DNA of 64,000 nt from Bacteroidota bacterium (lineage in GTDB: Bacteria > Bacteroidota > Bacteroidia > Bacteroidales > JAAUTT01). This document shows, in pieces, positions 28,623-36,724 of this stretch (positions are counted from its first letter, which is position 1; each line of letters starts with the position of its first letter). The DNA lies in NCBI GenBank assembly GCA_023429135.1, contig JAEYWD010000033.1, forward strand, positions 372-64,371, read 5' to 3'. Under the pieces are notes generated by a model that did not search any database, had not been told where the DNA came from, and was given only the letters and a program-made list of their open reading frames with translations. The translations under genes and the position numbers were made by a program.

Positions 28623-28946
28623 TTATGCCGATTGAACTATTACTACTCCGCGTTGTACGATAGTTTTACGGCTTTCGTTTCCTGAATATATAATAGGTTT
28701 TATAACTTCGGCGATCACCATTTTATCCGATATTTTGCCTGCAATATCGGCTTCGCAATCGGTGCGCGTTTCGTTATATGCTTCACCAACAGGGTTGTGG
28801 ACCGATAAACCTATTTCTCCCATGTATTCGTGAATACGGGCCAGGTTTCTGCTTATTCCAGTCAGCTCGGGTTTACCATCTGTTTTCTTTTGAATCTCGA
28901 AAAGCTGATTCATAATTTTTATCAGGATTTTCTGCTGATCATCCAT
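28623..28946 (-). CDS. mini GrpE-like protein (107 aa), co-operonic with the Hsp70
   Basis: The C-terminal part aligns by eye with the GrpE C-terminal domain. [23 protein letters not shown] corresponds to E. coli [47 protein letters not shown] corresponds to [23 protein letters not shown]. It lacks the long N-terminal helix. The gap to the Hsp70 start is 10 nt. Confidence 0.6.
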   Translation of the reverse strand: [107 protein letters not shown]

Positions 28947-29052
28947 GGTTTTGTTGTTTTCAGATTGAAGGTATAATAATATTTATTTTATTCTTATAAA
29001 CCTACTCTTACATCAATTTTTAATCAACAATACCATTGGTGGAATGTTATAG

Positions 29053-29397
29053 ATGTCTAACTCAAATCGAACGATTATGAAAGCAAGAAATCTATTCTAT
29101 ATAATTGGAATTAGTGCATTGTCACTTATACCGGTTTCGGTGAATGCTCAGGTTGGAACTACCGAAAATGCTTATGGTACCATTAACGTTGAAGATCAGA
29201 ATGCACAAAGAATCACCGACCTGGAGCAACGGGTAAAAGATGCCGATGCTGAGTTAAAAAGGGTACAAAGGGCCGAAAAATCGGCCAGAAACACTGTTAA
29301 GGAAGCAAAAGCTGCCCTGAGAGCAGAAAAGCAGGCACAAAAAGCTAGAAAAAGAGCTGACGACCAGGCCCGGAAAGCTGAAAAGATGATGAACTAG
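29053..29397 (+). CDS. secreted Lys/Ala/Glu-rich coiled-coil protein (hypothetical)
   Basis: A signal peptide (MKARNLFYIIGISALSLIPVSVNAQ) is followed by a charged helical repeat (AELKRVQRAEKSARNTVKEAKAALRAEKQAQKARKRADDQARKAEK). Confidence 0.5.
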   Translation: MSNSNRTIMKARNLFYIIGISALSLIPVSVNAQVGTTENAYGTINVEDQNAQRITDLEQRVKDADAELKRVQRAEKSARNTVKEAKAALRAEKQAQKARKRADDQARKAEKMMN

Positions 29398-29410
29398 CCG
29401 GTTGTTGAGG

Positions 29411-30709
29411 TTAAGATTTTCCTGGTGTTTCAGCCCCCTTTTGTTTTGGTTTTATTATGAGACGCAGCGATTGGTCGTAGGTAATATAGTTCCAGACCCA
29501 GTTGATAAATGTTATTACTTTATTTTTAAAGCCAATAAGCGAAACAAGATGAACAAACATCCAGATAAGCCAGGCAACAAATCCCGAGAGGGATAAACCT
29601 TTCAGGTCGGCTACAGCCAGGTTGCGACCGACGGTAGCCATACTGCCCTTATCCTTGTACGAAAAAGGAACAAGAGGCTGTTTGCTGCGCATTTTGCAGA
29701 AATTAACGGCCAGTTGCAGGGCTTGCTGAATGGCCACCTGAGCAACCTGAGGATGTCCGTTAGGATATTTTTCTTCGGTCATAAGGGCTATGTCGCCAAT
29801 GGCAAAAACATCGGTAAACCCTTGCACCATGTTGATGCGGTTCACAAGCAACCGGCCTCCGCGACCATGCGACTCTGCCGGCAGACCTTCGAGTTTCGCG
29901 GCGCTAACTCCTGCGGTCCATATCATCATGTTACTACGGATGGTACTGTTGTCGGCAAGCTTAACATTTTTTCCGTCGTAATCACTCACTTTGGTGTTAA
30001 GCATTACCTTCACACCTAATCCTTTAAGGTAATGATATACCTTTTCCGAGGCTTTTTTCGACATAGCATTCAGTAGCGCCGGAAGTGCTTCAATAAGGTA
30101 AATATTCATCTCGTTAAAATCGAGCTCAGGATAATCTTTGGGCAATATAAACTTCTTCATTTCGGCTATTGCACCTGAAAGTTCAACACCTGTTGGGCCA
30201 CCTCCAATAATAACCAGGTTCAGCAAACCTTCACGCTCATCAGCATCGTCGGTTATAAGTGCTGCTTCCAGATTCTGCAGCAAAGTGTTTCTTAAAAGCA
30301 AAGCCTCTGGTACCGATTTCATCGGGTATGACTTTTCCCTGAAATGTTCGTTTCCGAAATAATTTGTTACAACTCCGGTGGCAATTACCAGATAATCGTA
30401 ATTAATATGCCCAATAGGGGTGATTACTTTCTTATTTTGTGTATCAACAGCAGTTACCTGTGTTACACGAATAAATATGTTTTTTCGCGATTGAAATATT
30501 TTACGGAACGGGAACGATATAGAACTGGGCTCCAAGCCGGAAGTAGCTACCTGATAAAAAAGCGGTTGAAACTGGTGATAGTTATACTGATCGATAAGTA
30601 CAATCTGAAAGTTCTTTTTTCTTAATTTACGCAAAAGGGTTAGCCCGGCAAATCCTCCGCCTATAATAACCACCCGGCTTTGATTTACCTCGGGAATTCT
30701 TGCTCTCAT
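29411..30709 (-). CDS. ndh: type II NADH dehydrogenase (NDH-2) / FAD-dependent pyridine-nucleotide oxidoreductase
   Basis: Two Rossmann GxGxxG motifs (VVIIGGGFAGL; VIIGGGPTGVE), a late AIGD motif and a C-terminal amphipathic/TM tail. I use the ATG at 30709; the track starts at the TTG at 30718. Confidence 0.85.
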   Translation of the reverse strand: MRARIPEVNQSRVVIIGGGFAGLTLLRKLRKKNFQIVLIDQYNYHQFQPLFYQVATSGLEPSSISFPFRKIFQSRKNIFIRVTQVTAVDTQNKKVITPIGHINYDYLVIATGVVTNYFGNEHFREKSYPMKSVPEALLLRNTLLQNLEAALITDDADEREGLLNLVIIGGGPTGVELSGAIAEMKKFILPKDYPELDFNEMNIYLIEALPALLNAMSKKASEKVYHYLKGLGVKVMLNTKVSDYDGKNVKLADNSTIRSNMMIWTAGVSAAKLEGLPAESHGRGGRLLVNRINMVQGFTDVFAIGDIALMTEEKYPNGHPQVAQVAIQQALQLAVNFCKMRSKQPLVPFSYKDKGSMATVGRNLAVADLKGLSLSGFVAWLIWMFVHLVSLIGFKNKVITFINWVWNYITYDQSLRLIIKPKQKGAETPGKS

Positions 30710-30732
30710 TAATTTCAATATCAGTTTATTTG

Positions 30733-30769
30733 AAAAATAAAACCCGGAGAATTTTCCAGGTTCTCCGGG
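30733..30769 (-). terminator. rho-independent terminator after the YtxH gene
   Basis: The minus strand reads CCCGGAGAA-CCTGGAAAA-TTCTCCGGG followed by TTTTATTTTT. Confidence 0.8.
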
Positions 30770-30778
30770 TGAGTTATC

Positions 30779-31054
30779 TTATAATTGCGAACGTACATCT
30801 TTCTGAAAATCGTCGGCACCATAGTTTGGGTTTTGAGCAAACTGACTGGCATCGTCTTTAACAGCTTCATACCTTTCGGTTAAACTGTCGATAAAGTCGT
30901 GTAATTTTTGTTTCAGGTCCGAAACGTAGTCGTGTGCTTTTTGGATAATTTTTAGGCGGGTTTCCGAACCTTTATCGGGTGCTAACATAATTCCCAATAA
31001 TGCTCCTGCAGCAGCGCCGGCAGCAATTCCAAGTATCATTTTTCCTGTACTCAT
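30779..31054 (-). CDS. YtxH domain-containing protein
   Basis: 91 aa with an N-terminal glycine-zipper TM (ILGIAAGAAAGALLGIMLAPDKGSETR) and then a charged helix; the typical YtxH pattern. Confidence 0.75.
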   Translation of the reverse strand: MSTGKMILGIAAGAAAGALLGIMLAPDKGSETRLKIIQKAHDYVSDLKQKLHDFIDSLTERYEAVKDDASQFAQNPNYGADDFQKDVRSQL

Positions 31055-31084
31055 GGTGTGAAGTATTTAATGGTTAATAAAAGA

Positions 31085-31678
31085 TTATGCATAATTACTC
31101 ACCAGACTTTCGTTTTTACCTTCTTGCGGTTGCGAGGTGAGATAAAGCTTTTTCCGCTTTAATTCTTTAAACTGTGATGGTGTTAGTCCGGTTATTTTTT
31201 TAAATTGGTTCGACAGATGGGCTACACTGCTGTAATTCATTGTGTAAGCAATTTCGGTAAGGTTAAGTTGCTCATTGAGAATCAATTCCTTAACTCTTTC
31301 AATTTTTTGGGTTATGTAAAACTTCTCAATTGATATACCTTCATTTTCCGAGAAAATATTTGCCAGGTAAGTATAAGCATAGTTTAACTTATTGCTTATA
31401 TAAGTGGAAAGGTTAGTTTTATATTGCTCGTCGGAGTTATAAACCAACTCCATAATAATGTTTTTAATTTTATCAATAATTACATTTTTGTGGCTACCAA
31501 TAAGTTCCAGGCCATACTTCCTGAGAGTAAGATTTATTTTTTCCCTCTGCTCAGCAGTAAAAGCTCCTTTAAACTTTTCATTTGGTCCAATTTCTCTGTA
31601 ATGCAATCCGAGTTTTTTTAACTCGGACTGCATTCTCAATTTACATTGGTTGCAAGTTTCAGTATTATGAGATCCCAT
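31085..31678 (-). CDS. short AraC-family transcriptional regulator
   Basis: 197 aa with a C-terminal AraC HTH (LTEIAYTMNYSSVAHLSNQFKKITGLTPSQFK). Confidence 0.8.
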   Translation of the reverse strand: MGSHNTETCNQCKLRMQSELKKLGLHYREIGPNEKFKGAFTAEQREKINLTLRKYGLELIGSHKNVIIDKIKNIIMELVYNSDEQYKTNLSTYISNKLNYAYTYLANIFSENEGISIEKFYITQKIERVKELILNEQLNLTEIAYTMNYSSVAHLSNQFKKITGLTPSQFKELKRKKLYLTSQPQEGKNESLVSNYA

Positions 31679-31704
31679 ATAAATTCGTTTAAAATTTGAA
31701 AAAT

Positions 31705-31863
31705 TTACACTGCGCTGGTTCCTCCACGAATTAGCCGGAGAATAATTGCTATGATGGCTATAACCAGCAGAATATGAATAAGAGACCCAGCCGAATAGGC
31801 AAAGAATCCAACTGCCCAGGCAATGATTAGAATAACCGCTATAATATAAAGTAAGCTTCCCAT
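31705..31863 (-). CDS. lmo0937-family small membrane protein (52 aa); missed by the ORF track
   Basis: My translation: MGSLLYIIAVILIIAWAVGFFAYSAGSLIHILLVIAIIAIILRLIRGGTSAV. It is a clear paralog of the N-terminal 45 aa of 35259..35459 (IAAAVLIVIWAVGFFVYALGALVHLLLILAILLIAFRV). Confidence 0.7.
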   Translation of the reverse strand: MGSLLYIIAVILIIAWAVGFFAYSAGSLIHILLVIAIIAIILRLIRGGTSAV

Positions 31864-31895
31864 GACATTAAAATTTTAAGGTTTATATTTTAGAA

Positions 31896-32081
31896 CTAAA
31901 GATCACGTAACATTGATCGTATTTCTTCATTTGTCTTTCCCAGTTTTTTCTGGAGCCTACCAAGAAGTTCGTCTTCTTTTCCTTCTTCGAAAAGAAGGTC
32001 ATCGTCTGTAAGGCTGGAATATCTCTGTTTAAGTCTACCTTTCAGTTCATTCCAGTTTCCTTTAAAAATTGACATGTTCAT
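31896..32081 (-). CDS. CsbD-family general stress protein
   Basis: 61 aa: GNWNELKGRLKQRYSSLTDDDL...GK.DEL.GRLQKKLGKT.EE matches the CsbD pattern. Confidence 0.8.
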   Translation of the reverse strand: MNMSIFKGNWNELKGRLKQRYSSLTDDDLLFEEGKEDELLGRLQKKLGKTNEEIRSMLRDL

Positions 32082-32103
32082 AATATTAAGATTTAAGGTT
32101 TAT

Positions 32104-32751
32104 TTATAAGCGAACACCAAGAGTTGCTTGTGCAACAACATTTTTATACCTGGGCGAAGTTGAGGTGCCATCACCATCGTTATGTTGCAGATCCCATGAA
32201 AGTCTACCTGATAAAACCAATCTTGAAAAATTGAAGTCTAAACCAACAACAGCTCCCAGCGTATTTTTGCGGATATCATTATTTTCAATATCGTTTTGCT
32301 GGTCTACTGTAACTGATCCCGAATTAAAGCTGATTCCTTTACTTAGTAAAAAGGAATACTGTGGTCCCGCAAGTATTGTAAGAAAAGGAGCAGGTTTTAC
32401 CTGTAATTGTAAGGGTACATCCAGATAATCAGTTTTACGGGTATAATCATAATTTGCCCCGAGGATGCTACCATTTCCTTTGTATCCCTTTTGTGAATAC
32501 ATTAACTCTGGTTGAAAACCAATTACTTTTCCCAGGGGAACTGAAAGATATCCGCCAAACGCCAAACCTATTTTGGCCTTGTGATCAAAACTCTCACTTT
32601 TGGTGTCGTATAGGTTCGAACTGTTAATACCGGCTTTGAAACCTATTCCTACTTTGTCCCTCAGATCTTCGTCCTGGGCTGAAACCTGGAGGCCGAAAAC
32701 CGATGAAAAAAACAAAGTAAGTGCAATGATGTTGATGTATTTAATTTTCAT
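32104..32751 (-). CDS. outer-membrane beta-barrel (porin-family / OmpW-like) protein
   Basis: Starts at MKIKYINIIALTLFFSSVFGLQVSAQ. It has alternating beta-strand hydrophobicity and ends in an aromatic/aliphatic terminal strand (ATLGVRL). Confidence 0.7.
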   Translation of the reverse strand: MKIKYINIIALTLFFSSVFGLQVSAQDEDLRDKVGIGFKAGINSSNLYDTKSESFDHKAKIGLAFGGYLSVPLGKVIGFQPELMYSQKGYKGNGSILGANYDYTRKTDYLDVPLQLQVKPAPFLTILAGPQYSFLLSKGISFNSGSVTVDQQNDIENNDIRKNTLGAVVGLDFNFSRLVLSGRLSWDLQHNDGDGTSTSPRYKNVVAQATLGVRL

Positions 32752-32767
32752 AATGTTCAATTTTAAA

Positions 32768-33328
32768 TTAGAGATCCATTCGTTCTTTAGTTGCCAGCAC
32801 CTCCTCGTATTGCAATTTAACTGAGGCAAGGCACGATATAGCTACTGTTGAAATCTCGTTATCTTCCGATTCTTTGGAGATTTTTTCGAGAAGAGTCATT
32901 CCTTCCTTATGCTCTGCTTCCATCTGATTTAAGAATAGTTTTTCCGGGTTGGTATCGTTTGCCAGCTTGTTCAGATCGGTAATCTGAGCCATATTCAGGT
33001 TCGATGGCAATGATATTTTTTTTGAGCTTGCCAACTTGTCTAGCTCCGAAAAAATTTTCTTATTTGCGGCTTCTATTTTTTCAGCGACCGATTTTATGTC
33101 ATCCCTTTTGGTGTTTCTCTTAACAACTTCTGCCGCTTTAATGGCATAGAGAGCATTCGCATAAGTGTCTACTACGTATTCCGCATCTTTGGTGGCATCG
33201 ATTACCACTTTACCTGCAACGGGAGTTTCGGCTACCTGTGTAACGCTCTCCACCATTTGCGGTTGTTGCTTGTTTCGGCACGATAACAGTAATGATGCGA
33301 ATACCAGAAAAATTGATAATGTCCTCAT
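32768..33328 (-). CDS. DUF4142-like periplasmic lipoprotein
   Basis: Lipoprotein signal (MRTLSIFLVFASLLLSC) followed by a helical, ferritin-like two-repeat region (MEAEHKEGMTLLEK). Family call from memory. An alternative start lies at 33349. Confidence 0.55.
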   Translation of the reverse strand: MRTLSIFLVFASLLLSCRNKQQPQMVESVTQVAETPVAGKVVIDATKDAEYVVDTYANALYAIKAAEVVKRNTKRDDIKSVAEKIEAANKKIFSELDKLASSKKISLPSNLNMAQITDLNKLANDTNPEKLFLNQMEAEHKEGMTLLEKISKESEDNEISTVAISCLASVKLQYEEVLATKERMDL

Positions 33329-33335
33329 AAATCTA

Positions 33336-33881
33336 TTATTTACTTTCATTACTTGCTTTATAATTAATCTCGTTTTTGGCTATTTCAGAAAGCAACTCGT
33401 CGCTTTCTTTTTCTTCACCCAGTGTTTCTTTCAAAAGCGTTGATATTTTTTCAAACCCCAGTGTGGTGGCAAGCTGAGTTAAACTACCATATGTTGCAAT
33501 TTCATAATGTTCAACTTTTTGAGCAGCAATTACAAGTGCAACATCCCTGGTGGCCGAGTTTTTTTCAGTACTTTTTATGATGTTATTCGCTTCCTGTATT
33601 AACCCGTCCATTGCTTCGCATTTTTTCGCCTGGGGTCGGAAACCCATGAGCTTGAAAGCATCTTCAAGTCGCGAAATCTGGTCAACAGTAACCATATTGT
33701 GATCTTTAAATGCTTTTTTTAACCTGGGCGACATGGCAGCTTCATGAAACTTATTCAAATGCTTCTGAAGTTGCTTTTCTGCCCCATATATGTCCTTGAG
33801 CTCTTCAACAAAAAATTTCTCTAATATGGAGTTTTGAATAGCCGGCTTATGTTTATACGTTAACGTTTCCATACATTGCAA
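33336..33881 (-). CDS. DUF892 (YciE/YciF-like, ferritin-like) stress protein
   Basis: 181 aa with LKDIYGAEKQL.K.L.K....A..P.LK.AF..H...T..QI.RLE..F, KC.AM.GLI.E and VEHYEIA.YG.L. Confidence 0.75.
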   Translation of the reverse strand: MQCMETLTYKHKPAIQNSILEKFFVEELKDIYGAEKQLQKHLNKFHEAAMSPRLKKAFKDHNMVTVDQISRLEDAFKLMGFRPQAKKCEAMDGLIQEANNIIKSTEKNSATRDVALVIAAQKVEHYEIATYGSLTQLATTLGFEKISTLLKETLGEEKESDELLSEIAKNEINYKASNESK

Positions 33882-33986
33882 TTTTGAGTCTTACATTACA
33901 TTGATTAAAAACTATGCCACGAGAATTATACGTCTGTATAACAGTGGATTACGTTTTGTGCTTATGGTTTTTTATTATAAATTTCC

Positions 33987-34012
33987 CTACAAACAGGGGA
34001 ATTTTTTACTCA
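33987..34012 (-). promoter_or_regulatory. copy A of the conserved 26-nt motif (plus strand CTACAAACAGGGGAATTTTTTACTCA)
   Basis: An exact 26-mer shared with copy C; the 19-nt core is shared with copy B. It lies 106 nt upstream of the DUF892 gene start on the minus strand. Confidence 0.5.
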
Positions 34013-34033
34013 ACCGTAAATTCCCAATGCACG

Positions 34034-34249
34034 TTACCCTTTGTCGGGGGTCGGAGCCTCTTCATTTTCGGGTTTATCAATTTTTGGATCCTTTTTAATT
34101 TGAGGACTTTCAATGTCTCCATCCTTATCTTCCTTGTTAATTTCAATGTCGAAAGTTGGATAGGGTTCGGAATTTTGAACGTTGGGATTTAGCAATATGG
34201 ACAGAACGTTATCCCTGTAAAGGTTTTGGTAAATCGATTTTGAAACCAT
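34034..34249 (-). CDS. hypothetical acidic hydrophilic protein (71 aa)
   Basis: The start lies 4 nt after the stop of the upstream membrane-protein ORF (translational coupling geometry). The C-terminal half is Asp/Glu/Lys/Pro-rich. No recognisable family. Confidence 0.4.
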   Translation of the reverse strand: MVSKSIYQNLYRDNVLSILLNPNVQNSEPYPTFDIEINKEDKDGDIESPQIKKDPKIDKPENEEAPTPDKG

Positions 34250-34252
34250 AAA

Positions 34253-34621
34253 TCAAGGTTTTAAATGGATAATGGAATCGGTTTTTCGGATAATTAGGTA
34301 GGCAAAACGACCACTCCTGTTAAACAGATAAATTGTAGTTTTTCTCAGATTTTCAGCAATGCCCGCACGTTTTACCTTTCTGGATACTATAATCTGATAA
34401 TAGGAAAGCAATCGTCCAAAATCAATGGTAAGTGCAAAAGGGAGCATAAAAGTTCCTAACCCCAGTAAAACAAACGTTCTTACAAGGTCGAATGCAGACA
34501 ACAAGATGACAAAAAATTTATTTTCCTCCTGGTAGAAAAAACGGTTTATAAATAAATTGCCATAAATCAGATAACGGGTGTATTTCATCCCAAAACTTCT
34601 ATAAGGCTTCGATTTGTTCAT
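34253..34621 (-). CDS. hypothetical membrane protein (122 aa)
   Basis: Two predicted TM segments (FFVILLSAFDLVRTFVLLGLGTFMLPFALTIDF). No recognisable family. Confidence 0.45.
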   Translation of the reverse strand: MNKSKPYRSFGMKYTRYLIYGNLFINRFFYQEENKFFVILLSAFDLVRTFVLLGLGTFMLPFALTIDFGRLLSYYQIIVSRKVKRAGIAENLRKTTIYLFNRSGRFAYLIIRKTDSIIHLKP

Positions 34622-34739
34622 GTTACAAGTAGTATAGATCTATCAATAGGAAAAGGGTTTAAGGTTTGCGAAATTTTAAATACTTTTAACGAATTAAGTT
34701 CGAACCTCTAATTTTTCTAAGGAAAGTTAAGGCAAGAAT

Positions 34740-34758
34740 CAGGGGAATTTTTTACTCA
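34740..34758 (-). promoter_or_regulatory. copy B of the conserved motif (19-nt core CAGGGGAATTTTTTACTCA)
   Basis: An exact 19-mer shared with copies A and C. Its last three nt are the TGA stop of the deaminase gene. It lies 119 nt upstream of the next minus-strand gene start (34621). Confidence 0.5.
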
Positions 34759-35256
34759 TCGCTCCTGAGGTATGACAACCTCCTCAACGCGATTTTGCTT
34801 CTGTTTACCACCTTCAAAAACACTGAGTGCTTTACTCTCCGGTATTTGAACAGCATTTATGAAACTGCGAACTTTTGGTCTTTGCTGAGCGTTAGCTACA
34901 CAATTGTTAATGTATCCGAACGATTTAATCTTGTTTTCGGAGTTACAGTAATAAATCTCACTTATTTGTGCCCAGTAAATGACTGCCAAACACATGGGGC
35001 AAGGTTCTGACGATGAATAAATCTGACATCCCGAAAGATCGAGGGTTTTTAAATTACGACAGGCATCTCTAATAGCTCTGACTTCGGCATGGGTTTCAGG
35101 TTTCTGCTCCTGGTAAATTTGGCTTAATGAAGTTCCCACAATATTGCCATTTTTAACAATTACAGCTCCAAAAGGTCCTCCCGTATTACTGTCAACCGAA
35201 TATTGAGATAAGTTGACAGCTATTTGCATAAAACATTGTTGTTCCTCTGAGTTCAT
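34756..35256 (-). CDS. CMP/dCMP-type zinc deaminase (guanine deaminase / nucleoside deaminase-like)
   Basis: 166 aa with HAEVRAI and the SSEPCPMC zinc-binding motifs. Confidence 0.8.
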   Translation of the reverse strand: MNSEEQQCFMQIAVNLSQYSVDSNTGGPFGAVIVKNGNIVGTSLSQIYQEQKPETHAEVRAIRDACRNLKTLDLSGCQIYSSSEPCPMCLAVIYWAQISEIYYCNSENKIKSFGYINNCVANAQQRPKVRSFINAVQIPESKALSVFEGGKQKQNRVEEVVIPQER

Positions 35257-35258
35257 AA

Positions 35259-35459
35259 TTAATATTTATTTTGCGGATATCGATGATAAACATCTTGTTT
35301 GGGCTTTTTCTTCGACCCACGGGCCACTCTGAAAGCGATAAGGAGTATGGCAAGAATAAGCAACAAATGCACCAAAGCTCCGAGGGCATAAACAAAAAAA
35401 CCAACAGCCCATATTACTATGAGAACTGCAGCAGCTATATAAAATATCTTTTTAATCAT
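35259..35459 (-). CDS. lmo0937-family small membrane protein with a basic tail
   Basis: 66 aa, MIKKIFYIAAAVLIVIWAVGFFVYALGALVHLLLILAILLIAFRVARG...; a paralog of 31705..31863. Confidence 0.7.
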   Translation of the reverse strand: MIKKIFYIAAAVLIVIWAVGFFVYALGALVHLLLILAILLIAFRVARGSKKKPKQDVYHRYPQNKY

Positions 35460-35540
35460 AACTTTTTTTCATCAAAAGGCCTGAACCAGTTGCAAACAGC
35501 TTCCGGTCCAGGTTCCTTCAATTCATGTAATAATCAATAT

Positions 35541-36152
35541 TTATCTGTTCCAGTTAGCATCGTTGTTTTGATAGGACGTCTGGCGGTCGCGTGTTCCGTA
35601 AATATCTTCAACCCTGTTTTCGCGCCAGTCGTTTTCAATAAATTCTTCATCGGCCTGATCTTTTGGATTAACACCCATCACAATACCGCCTTCTTTAATT
35701 TTCGATTCGTAAATACGGGCACGTTCTTCAGGAATTCCCCATCCAATTAAACCACCAATGAGCCCGCCTGTAAAACCGCCAGCACCAGCACCTGCTAATC
35801 CTGCTGCAATTGGGCCTGCTACCACAATTCCCAACCCGGGAATAACCAAACTTGTTCCTAATGCTGCTATAACACCGGCCACTGCGCCAATTGCACCACC
35901 AATGGCCGAGCCTTTTCCGGCTCCTTCCATAGCTTTTGTACCTATTTCGGTTTCTCCTTTGGTTTCATCAAAGTGACGTTTGCGGGTTTCGTCCGACATA
36001 ATAAGATTTATTTCGTCTTTTGAATATCCGCGGTCGTGCAGGTAGTTATATGCTCTTTCGGCACTTTCGCGATCTTTAAACAAGCCTGTCATCATGGTTC
36101 GATCCGATATATTCGAACCTGTAGTATTATCATTATAATCTTTCATAATCAA
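35541..36152 (-). CDS. general-stress-type protein with a central glycine-zipper segment
   Basis: 203 aa with an N-terminal FKDRESAERAYNYLHDRGYSKDEI and C-terminal IPEERARIYESKIKEGGIVMGV repeats flanking a Gly/Ala-rich membrane-like segment. Confidence 0.6.
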   Translation of the reverse strand: MIMKDYNDNTTGSNISDRTMMTGLFKDRESAERAYNYLHDRGYSKDEINLIMSDETRKRHFDETKGETEIGTKAMEGAGKGSAIGGAIGAVAGVIAALGTSLVIPGLGIVVAGPIAAGLAGAGAGGFTGGLIGGLIGWGIPEERARIYESKIKEGGIVMGVNPKDQADEEFIENDWRENRVEDIYGTRDRQTSYQNNDANWNR

Positions 36153-36336
36153 TTAATTTTATGATTAATAGATGAATAGTTTGCACCACTTTGTATGTAG
36201 TTGATGATTATTGAGTTCATTTATTCTTATAACGCTAACCATCAAATGGAAAAAATTATGCCGAACTTGTAAGCTTCAATATTTCAGTTATCTATAATTG
36301 AACTGCTATTGGCTCTGTGGAAAGAAATCCACAACA

Positions 36337-36717
36337 TTACCCCTGTGGATACTGGATAATGAGAAATAGCGTTTGGGTTAATGCTTCCAGCTTGTATTTT
36401 GTTTTGTGATCAAGCACAAACTTCTGATCGTTAATTAAAATTGAAGAGTCTTTATGTATGCTGATTTTTAATGCGCCTTCCAAAATATGAAGCACAGTTG
36501 TATGTGTGTTCTTCGATTCAATTTCTGAATAGGGATGCAACCCTGTTAACACCACCTGCATGTCGGGCTGGTTTATTACGACAAGAGATTTTAAATCGCC
36601 CATTTTCCAACCGCAATCGTTTTTTATTTTATTGATTAAAGCAGGTAGTTCCTGCAGGAGGAAGGACTGCTTCAGCGGTTTAAACCTGGGATGCTCAACA
36701 AAGGTTAAAGTTTCCAT
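36337..36717 (-). CDS. hypothetical protein, possibly cupin-like
   Basis: I prefer the ATG at 36717 (METLTF...), which avoids overlap with the topoisomerase stop. The beta-rich pattern (VLHILEGALKISIH...) is only weak fold evidence. Confidence 0.4.
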   Translation of the reverse strand: METLTFVEHPRFKPLKQSFLLQELPALINKIKNDCGWKMGDLKSLVVINQPDMQVVLTGLHPYSEIESKNTHTTVLHILEGALKISIHKDSSILINDQKFVLDHKTKYKLEALTQTLFLIIQYPQG

Positions 36718-36724
36718 ACTTAGT

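Noticed and set aside
33987-34012. Reading the conserved GGGGAATTTTTT motif as a plus-strand intrinsic terminator
   Set aside because: Only copy A has a short complementary segment (ttccc) upstream. Copies B and C have no stem partner, so a hairpin cannot be the conserved feature.
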